A stretch of 64,000 nt of DNA from assembly GCA_031362565.1 (NCBI GenBank), contig JANLSU010000119.1, forward strand, positions 1 to 64,000. The letters run 5' to 3'. A program made the translations under genes and the position numbers. The notes below the pieces were generated by a model. That model ran no database searches. It was not told the DNA's origin and saw only the letters and a program-made list of their open reading frames with translations. This document shows, in pieces, positions 57,254 to 64,000 of this stretch (its first letter is position 1; each line of letters opens with the position of its first letter). Source of the stretch: a bacterium (GTDB lineage Bacteria; Krumholzibacteriota; Krumholzibacteriia; G020349025).

Positions 57254-58764
57254 AAGCGCACCACCCGGGTTGCGGCCGCCAGGACGGCTTCGGGGTGTGC
57301 GTCCCGGGCGGCAAAGACCGCCGTTTGATGTCCTTGATTCAAGACCACGACCCGGTGGCTCAAGCCGAGCAACTCGGGCAGGTCCGATGACACGAGCACG
57401 ACACCCAGGCCCGCGGCTGCTTGCGCCGCGATCCAGCGATACAGTTCTGCCTTGGCGCCGACATCGATGCCGCGGGTCGGCTCGTCAAGAAGCAAGAGGC
57501 GGGGGCGTGCGAGCAGCCATTTGCCGAGCACGACCTTCTGCTGATTGCCGCCGGAGAGTTCCGCGGTGCGCTGGTCGAGCGAGGTCGTGCGCGTCTGCAG
57601 CGCCGCAACTTGCTCGGCGGCGCCGCGGCGCCGCAACGCGTCATCGAGGAACCCGTGGCGAACGAAGTTCCGGAGCGTCGCGAGCGTCAAGTTCTCGAGC
57701 ACCGAAGCTTCCAGCACGAGGCCGAATTGCTTGCGGTCCTCGCTCACCAATGCCACGCCGGCGGCGATCGCTTCCGTGGGGGATCGGAACGGGGTGTCGG
57801 TGGCGCGATCCGCGACGGTCAGTTGCCCGGACACCGGTCCGCGGGCGGCGCCGAAGAGCGATGCCAGAAGCGCCGTTCGTCCGGCGCCCATCAAGCCGGC
57901 GATGCCGACGATTTCACCGGCATGCACGGTGAAGGCGGCGTTGTGGATGACCTCGGCCGCCCCGTCGCGCACGTTCCAATTCTCGATCGCCAAAAGCGGC
58001 GGACCGGGCTGAACATCTGGACGCGGGTAAAGATCGCGCACGTCACGGCCGACCATCTGCCGAATGATTCCGGCGGGCGTCGTGGCGGTGCAGCGCTCGG
58101 TGCCCACACTCTGTCCGTCGCGCAGAACCGTGATGCGGTCGGCGATCGCGAACACCTCTTCGAGACGATGGCTCACATACAGACTCGAGACGCCCGCGGC
58201 CCGCAACTCGCCCAGAAGGCGCAAGAGCCGGTTTGCATCGGCTTCGGGAAGTGCGGCGGTGGGCTCGTCGAGGACGAGAATGACGGCGTTCTTCGCCAAC
58301 GCTTTGGCGATTTCCACCAGTTGCTGTTGGCCGATGCCGAGCCGCCGCACCGGTGTCCGCGGATCGATGTCGAGGCCGACGCGCTCTAGCGCTTGTTGTG
58401 CTTCTGCATGGACGCGATCCCAACGCACGAGTCCGCGCTCGGTAGGCAAGCGCCCGAGGAGGACGTTTTCAGCTACGGATAGGTCCGGCACGAGTGCTAG
58501 TTCCTGGGCGATGAGTGCGATGCCACGCGCTTCTGCATCGCGTAATCCACGCCAGCGGACTTCCGTTTCACGGAGCCGCATCGTGCCGCCATACGTCCCC
58601 GCCGGGTAGTAGCCGCACAACACCTTGATGAGAGTCGATTTGCCGGCGCCGTTTTCGCCGCAGAGAGCGTGCACCTCGCCCGGCTCGAGCGCGAATGACA
58701 CGCCGTCCAGCGCCCGCACGCCGGGGAAGTCCTTGCGGATGGACTGCAGTTCGAGGAGCGGCAT
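57250..58764 (-). CDS. xylG: Sugar ABC transporter ATP-binding protein (XylG-like)
   Basis: GENGAGKST, two ABC domains, LSGGNQQK, DEPTRGIDVGAK. Confidence 0.88.
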   Translation of the reverse strand: MPLLELQSIRKDFPGVRALDGVSFALEPGEVHALCGENGAGKSTLIKVLCGYYPAGTYGGTMRLRETEVRWRGLRDAEARGIALIAQELALVPDLSVAENVLLGRLPTERGLVRWDRVHAEAQQALERVGLDIDPRTPVRRLGIGQQQLVEIAKALAKNAVILVLDEPTAALPEADANRLLRLLGELRAAGVSSLYVSHRLEEVFAIADRITVLRDGQSVGTERCTATTPAGIIRQMVGRDVRDLYPRPDVQPGPPLLAIENWNVRDGAAEVIHNAAFTVHAGEIVGIAGLMGAGRTALLASLFGAARGPVSGQLTVADRATDTPFRSPTEAIAAGVALVSEDRKQFGLVLEASVLENLTLATLRNFVRHGFLDDALRRRGAAEQVAALQTRTTSLDQRTAELSGGNQQKVVLGKWLLARPRLLLLDEPTRGIDVGAKAELYRWIAAQAAAGLGVVLVSSDLPELLGLSHRVVVLNQGHQTAVFAARDAHPEAVLAAATRVVRL

Positions 58765-58788
58765 TCGCGCCCTCTCAGGCAATTCGCC

Positions 58789-59880
58789 TCACGGAGTGGG
58801 AGTCGCGGCCGGCACGACCGGGCGTTGATCGGCGGGTACATCGCGGTAGATCTCGTCGCGCGTATGAAACCCATCGCCGACGATCACGGCCGCCATGTTG
58901 TCGCGATCGACGGCAACGCAATCGACGAGAATACTGGGTACGTCGATCTTGCCGTTCGGCACCGGGCGAGTCGGCTGGCCGTGCGGTTCTTTGCGTGCCA
59001 GGTGGACGGCGACCTCCGCAGCCGTCCGCGCCAGGCGTGCGAGCGGTTTGTACACGGTCATCGTCTGCGTTCCTGCCACGATCCGTTGACAGGCGGTGAG
59101 TTCCGCGTCTTGGCCCGTGACGAGCACCTTGCCCGCCAGTTTTTGCTCGGCCAAGGCTTGGATCGCGCCGCCGGCCATGCCGTCATTGCTCGACACGACC
59201 ACGTCAATGCGGTTGTGGGTGCGCGTCAGCGCGTTCTCGGTAATCTGCAGAGCTTCGATGGGCAGCCACTCGCGCGCCCACTGGTCGCCGACGATCTTGA
59301 TATCACCGCGATCGATGGCCGGCTGCAGGACGTTCAACTGTCCCTTGCGAAAGAGATGCGCATTGTTGTCGGTCGGAGCCCCGGCGATCAGGAGGTAGTT
59401 GCCCTTGGGCACCCGCTGCAAGACGTACTCGGCTTGCAACTCGCCGACCCGCTCGCCGTCGAAGGACATGTAGAGATCGAGATCGGAGTCTTGGATCAGC
59501 CGGTCATAGGCAATGACGGGGACGTTCATCTTGTGCGCCGCCTCGACAATGGAAGCCGCGGTCTTGCCGTTGTGGGCCGCGACCACGAGCACGTCGATAC
59601 CCTGGGTCAGCAGATTGTCGGCTTGGGAGTTTTGCAGCGCGTCGTCGCTGTTGGCCGCCTGCACCAACACCTTGGCGCCCAACTCTTCGCCGCGTGCCAC
59701 GAACAAATCGCGGTCGCGTTGCCAGCGCTCTTCGCGGAGGGTGTCCATGGAAAAGCCGATGACGACGGGTAAGTCACCGGCGCCGCCAGGCGCCGGTTTC
59801 TTGCTGCAGCCGAGCATCGCGCCGGCCAGGGCGGCGACGGCAAGAATCGAAATCAGCGTAGCGCGAATGCCGATGCGCAC
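58789..59880 (-). CDS. xylF: Sugar ABC substrate-binding lipoprotein (XylF-like)
   Basis: GTG start at 59880; lipobox LGC; ERWQRD, AYDRLI, PTDNNA, TGQDA, MTVYK. Confidence 0.85.
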   Translation of the reverse strand: MRIGIRATLISILAVAALAGAMLGCSKKPAPGGAGDLPVVIGFSMDTLREERWQRDRDLFVARGEELGAKVLVQAANSDDALQNSQADNLLTQGIDVLVVAAHNGKTAASIVEAAHKMNVPVIAYDRLIQDSDLDLYMSFDGERVGELQAEYVLQRVPKGNYLLIAGAPTDNNAHLFRKGQLNVLQPAIDRGDIKIVGDQWAREWLPIEALQITENALTRTHNRIDVVVSSNDGMAGGAIQALAEQKLAGKVLVTGQDAELTACQRIVAGTQTMTVYKPLARLARTAAEVAVHLARKEPHGQPTRPVPNGKIDVPSILVDCVAVDRDNMAAVIVGDGFHTRDEIYRDVPADQRPVVPAATPTP

Positions 59881-60054
59881 CGGCGTGCCCCCGTCCCAAG
59901 GGTGAAGTCCGGAGGCTACGGGCGCCTCGGATGCCCCGTCAACTGGTGCCGAGAACGTGTGGTAAGGTCCGCGACACGCGCGCAGCGAACCCACCGTCTT
60001 CATCGCCGCGGAGGTCATGACATCACGAAGCTTGGAGGGCGCTGGCTTTGCGCC

Positions 60055-62958
60055 GTGACCTTTGCGTTGGGCGTTGCGGTCGCGGTTCCCGCGACCGCGA
60101 CTAAGCTCACCGCCGAAGTCGATCCCTTCATCGGCACCGGTGGCACCGGCCACACCTATCCCGGCGCCACAACGCCGTTCGGAATGGTCCAGGTCAGTCC
60201 GGACACGCGGCTCGACGGCTGGGAGGGTTGTAGCGGCTATTGGTACCCCGAGAAATACATCTACGGTTTCTCGCACACCCACCTCTCCGGAACCGGCGTC
60301 GGCGATTACTGCGACATCCTCTTGATGCCCGGTGTGGGCGAGGTGCGGTTCGACAACGGGGCCGGCGGCAAGCCCGGATACCGGAGTGCGTTCCACCATG
60401 AGGAAGAATGGGCCACTCCTGGATACTATGCGGTGCACCTGCTCGACTCGGATGTGCGCGTGGAGCTGACGGCCACGCCGCGGACCGGACTACATCTATA
60501 TACATTCCCAGGCGATGGGGCCGGCCACGTCCTCCTCGACCTCGTGCACCGCGACGAGGTTCTGGATAGCAGTGTGCGGATCGTGAGTGATCGCGAGGTG
60601 CGGGGCTTCCGCCGCTCGCGCGGCTGGGCCCAGGACCAACGGGTGTATTTCGCCCTGCGCTTCTCCCGGCCGCTCGTCTCGCATGTCATCCAACAGGACG
60701 GCGTGCGCTCCGCCGATATCACGGCAGCGGCGGGCAAGGCGATTCGCGCCGCGTTCGAGTTTGGCCGCGGTGCGCCGCTCCGTGTCCAGGTCGCACTCTC
60801 GGCCGTCGATGAGGCGGGCGCGGTGCGCAACCTGCAGGCAGAAGAGGCGGGCGCCGGTTTCGAAGCCGCGCGCCGCCGCGCCGAACAATCTTGGGAGAAG
60901 GAACTCGGGCGCATCCGCATCGACGGCGGCACGCCCACCCAGCGCCGGGTGTTCTATACGGCTCTCTATCACGCCTTCTTGCAGCCGAATCTCTACAGCG
61001 ATGTCGACGGGCGCTATCGTGGCCGCGATCTGCAGATTCATCACGCCGATGCCGGTAATCAGTACACGGTGTTTTCACTCTGGGACACGTTTCGTGCCGC
61101 GCACCCGCTGTACACGTTGCTTCTCTGGGATCGCACCCGCGACTTCGCCCGCACCTTCCTGCGCCAATATCAGGAGGGCGGTTTGCTGCCGGTTTGGGAA
61201 CTGGCTGCCAACGAGACGAACTGCATGATCGGCTATCACGCCGTGCCCGTCCTCGCCGAGGCGATCTTGAAAGGCATCCCGGGCATCGATGCGGAGAAGG
61301 CGTTCGAGGCGATGTGCACGAGTGCCGCCCAAGACCGGCGCGGCCTCGACGCCTACCGGCGCCACGGCTTCATCCCCGCCGACGAAGAAGGCGAGTCGGT
61401 GAGCCAGACGCTCGAGTACGCCTACGACGACGCCTGTATTGCGCGCGTCGCTGCCAAGCTGGGCAAAGACGCCGGCGAACGCGAGTTCCTGCGCCGGGCG
61501 CGCGCCTACCGGCATCTCTACGATCCGGCAACCGGGTTCATGCGCGCCCGTCTGCACGGCCATTGGTTCGACCCCTTCGACCCGGCGGAGGTCAACTTCC
61601 ACTACACCGAGGCCAACGCCTGGCAATACACCTTTTGCGTGCCGCAGGATGTCGGTGGACTCATCCGCTTGCACGGCGGTGAACGGCGCTTCGCGGCGCA
61701 GCTCGACTCGCTCTTTGCGACGCAGTCGCAGCTCCACGGCACCCAGCAGGCCGACATCACGGGCCTGATCGGCCTATATGCCCAAGGCAACGAACCCAGC
61801 CATCACATGGCGTACTTGTATGCGTACGCCGGGCAACCGTGGAAGACGCAGGCGCTCGTCCGGCGCATCGCCGACGATATGTATCGCGACGGACCGGAAG
61901 GCTTGCCCGGCAACGAGGACTGCGGACAAATGTCAGCTTGGTATGTTTGGTCGGCACTCGGCCTGTATCCGGTCGACCCGGCGTCCGGCGATTACATTCT
62001 CGGCAGCCCACGCTTCCCACGTGCGACGCTGCAACTCGGCAACGGGCGGCGGTTGGTCATTCGCGCTACGCCGAACGTCGCCACGGATCCCTACGTGCAG
62101 GCGGTACGGTTCGACAACGAACGGCTCGATCGTGTCTCGGTGACCTGGGATGAACTCATCGCCGGCGGCGAACTCGCATTCACGATGGGGCCAGGGCCGG
62201 CCGCTGCGCCCACTTCCCGGCCGCCGGAGCGCTTGCCGCCGTCCGATGTGTTGCCGGCGCCGTTCGTGGCGCAAGGCGCGCGCCTCTTCACCGGCAGCAC
62301 CACCGTGACGCTGGGCTGTGCGGATGCGGCCGCGGCCATCCACTACACGATAGATGGCTCGGTGCCGATCCTCGCTTCACCGGTTTTCGAAACCGCGGTG
62401 CAAGTCGATCGAACCACGACCATCCGCGCCGTTGCGGTGCATGATGCCGCCCGCAGTCCGGTGATCGACTTGTCATTCTTCCGCAAGATCCCCGGCCGGC
62501 ATGTCGAGCTGCACGCGCACTACACGCCACGCTACGGTGCGGGCGGCGACGACGCACTGATCGACGGCCTGCGCGGCAAAGCCAACTTCCGCCTCGGCGC
62601 CTGGCAGGGGTTCCAAGGCCAAGACCTCGAAGCCCGCGTCGACCTGGGCGCCGCGCCAGAACTCCAACGCCTGACGCTCGGCTGCCTTCAAGACACCCGT
62701 TCGTGGATTCTGCTGCCGCTGGCGGTCGATTTTGCGGTTTCCACCGACGGAGTGCACTACGAGTCCGTTGGCACCGCGACACACGATGTCCCCGACCGCA
62801 ACCTGGACGTCCTGGTGCGCGATCTCCAGGTGAGCTTTCCGCCGCGGCGGGCGCGATTCGTCCGCATCCGGGTGCATTCTTACGGCCCGCTTCCCGCCTG
62901 GCATCCGGGCGCCGGCAGCCCGTCGTTCATTTTTGTGGATGAGCTCGTCGCCGAGTAG
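60055..62958 (+). CDS. GH92 alpha-mannosidase with C-terminal FN3-associated and discoidin-like domains
   Basis: VDPFIGT, GFSHTHLSGTG, SLWDTFRA, SQTLEYAYDD, YTEANAWQY, GNEPSHH, GNEDCGQMSAWY. Start uncertain. Confidence 0.93.
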   Translation: MTFALGVAVAVPATATKLTAEVDPFIGTGGTGHTYPGATTPFGMVQVSPDTRLDGWEGCSGYWYPEKYIYGFSHTHLSGTGVGDYCDILLMPGVGEVRFDNGAGGKPGYRSAFHHEEEWATPGYYAVHLLDSDVRVELTATPRTGLHLYTFPGDGAGHVLLDLVHRDEVLDSSVRIVSDREVRGFRRSRGWAQDQRVYFALRFSRPLVSHVIQQDGVRSADITAAAGKAIRAAFEFGRGAPLRVQVALSAVDEAGAVRNLQAEEAGAGFEAARRRAEQSWEKELGRIRIDGGTPTQRRVFYTALYHAFLQPNLYSDVDGRYRGRDLQIHHADAGNQYTVFSLWDTFRAAHPLYTLLLWDRTRDFARTFLRQYQEGGLLPVWELAANETNCMIGYHAVPVLAEAILKGIPGIDAEKAFEAMCTSAAQDRRGLDAYRRHGFIPADEEGESVSQTLEYAYDDACIARVAAKLGKDAGEREFLRRARAYRHLYDPATGFMRARLHGHWFDPFDPAEVNFHYTEANAWQYTFCVPQDVGGLIRLHGGERRFAAQLDSLFATQSQLHGTQQADITGLIGLYAQGNEPSHHMAYLYAYAGQPWKTQALVRRIADDMYRDGPEGLPGNEDCGQMSAWYVWSALGLYPVDPASGDYILGSPRFPRATLQLGNGRRLVIRATPNVATDPYVQAVRFDNERLDRVSVTWDELIAGGELAFTMGPGPAAAPTSRPPERLPPSDVLPAPFVAQGARLFTGSTTVTLGCADAAAAIHYTIDGSVPILASPVFETAVQVDRTTTIRAVAVHDAARSPVIDLSFFRKIPGRHVELHAHYTPRYGAGGDDALIDGLRGKANFRLGAWQGFQGQDLEARVDLGAAPELQRLTLGCLQDTRSWILLPLAVDFAVSTDGVHYESVGTATHDVPDRNLDVLVRDLQVSFPPRRARFVRIRVHSYGPLPAWHPGAGSPSFIFVDELVAE

Positions 62959-63024
62959 GCAGGGTGGCCGCGGGCATCTTTCTCGAACGCCGGTGTATCA
63001 TTATTGGCATCGGGGAGGCGCGCC

Positions 63025-63255
63025 GTGCAAGTACTGATCGGGATTCTGGTCCTTGCCGCCATCGCCGCCGTCGTTCTGCGGGGGAAGGGTTCCCGCTTCA
63101 AGCGCGGCCGGCGTATCAAATGCGACGGTTGCCGCCACCTGCGCCGCAAGTTCGACGATGGCGTGATGTGCGGCTACGGTTCACGCGAAGTCTTCAAGAC
63201 CTCGGCGCACATTCGCATGTGCGGCGATTGGCAAGCGGCCGAGCGCCGGCGTTAG
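63025..63255 (+). CDS. Small membrane-anchored Cys-rich protein
   Basis: SD GGAGG with a GTG start; N-terminal TM; CDGC...C...CGDW. Confidence 0.65.
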   Translation: MQVLIGILVLAAIAAVVLRGKGSRFKRGRRIKCDGCRHLRRKFDDGVMCGYGSREVFKTSAHIRMCGDWQAAERRR

Positions 63256-63280
63256 CCGCGGCGCCCGGGCCGCCGCACGA

Positions 63281-63805
63281 TTAGAACGACCAGTTGACGA
63301 TCGGCAGCACCGGCAGGCTCTTCTTGTCCTGAATCACATTCACGAGGCCGATCTGCAGGCCGTTCATTTTCTGGGTGATGTTGAGCAGCCCCAACTGAAA
63401 CCCACGCATCGACTTCGTGTTGTTGATGACGCCCCACTGGAAGCCGTGCGCCGCGTCGGAGCCGTTATACAGCCCGGTCGCCAAGCCTTCGAACGTCTTC
63501 GAGATGTTGATGTAGCTGCCCTGCCAACCGGTGAATTTGCCGTCGACCAGGCCAATAATTGTCCACTGCACGCCAGTGAAATCTCCCGTCGTGCGGCTGG
63601 CGATCCCGTAGTCGAGACCCACCATGTCGTGATTGACACCATAGATCACGTCGAGTCGCAGTCCATGAACATCGGTTGCGGGCTTGAAAATTTGCACCGG
63701 GCTGAACAATGCGATCTGAATCGGTTTGGCATCGCCCGCTTGCACGGTGGTCGCAGCCACACTCAGCGCGAGGGTCAACACGGTTGCGATGGCTGTACAG
63801 CGCAT
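63281..63805 (-). CDS. LA_2272-like repeat secreted protein
   Basis: Signal peptide; G[FLV]QxGxxN repeats; ends LPIVNWSF. Confidence 0.8.
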   Translation of the reverse strand: MRCTAIATVLTLALSVAATTVQAGDAKPIQIALFSPVQIFKPATDVHGLRLDVIYGVNHDMVGLDYGIASRTTGDFTGVQWTIIGLVDGKFTGWQGSYINISKTFEGLATGLYNGSDAAHGFQWGVINNTKSMRGFQLGLLNITQKMNGLQIGLVNVIQDKKSLPVLPIVNWSF

Positions 63806-64000
63806 TCTCGTCTCCAGGGTGGGGTCGTAGGGTTCAGGTTGTCTCGTCCGCAGTGGCGAGACGGCGTAGTTTCGTCGATTGCGGCGCACGCGTCAAGCAA
63901 GGCGTCTTACATGTTGCCCTCATCCGCCGACGGGCCATAGAGGGACGGCACCGCAACATCGTTCAAGCGCAGATAGACACCGAGCTGCGCCCGATGGTGG

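Overview
GC-rich bacterial DNA from a diderm (it encodes a TonB-dependent receptor and predicted outer-membrane barrels). Many secreted proteins end in FlgD-Ig (T9SS-like) C-terminal domains or in a short W-x-x-V-K-x-L-Y-R tail, which suggests an FCB-group candidate lineage such as Eisenbacteria, Krumholzibacteria or Latescibacteria (inference only). I found no rRNA, tRNA, CRISPR array or intact mobile element. The most striking content is a putative protease-triggered signalling system present in two versions. Module 1 (2678-17646) contains a Cys-insert ECF sigma with an anti-sigma, a secreted trypsin-like protease, an ECF sigma + membrane Ser/Thr kinase + secreted caspase operon and a WD40-caspase. 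It is bracketed by three paralogous dockerin/EF-hand lipoprotein genes and a Zn-ribbon gene, all four preceded by an identically spaced promoter-like motif, TGTCCA-N13-TGTCCGAGTCCT. Module 2 (48145-56145) is ECF sigma + Ser/Thr kinase + TPR-CHAT protease, followed by a precursor-like protein, a radical SAM enzyme and a TIR-domain gene. Both kinase ectodomains carry an RGI-x-G motif that matches the linker right after the caspase catalytic Cys. The rest is a LytS/LytTR pair, sulfonate-type and xylose-type ABC transporters, a PA2779/C39-peptidase-barrel pair, a GH92 and assorted secreted enzymes. All domain calls come from motif recognition by eye, not database searches.
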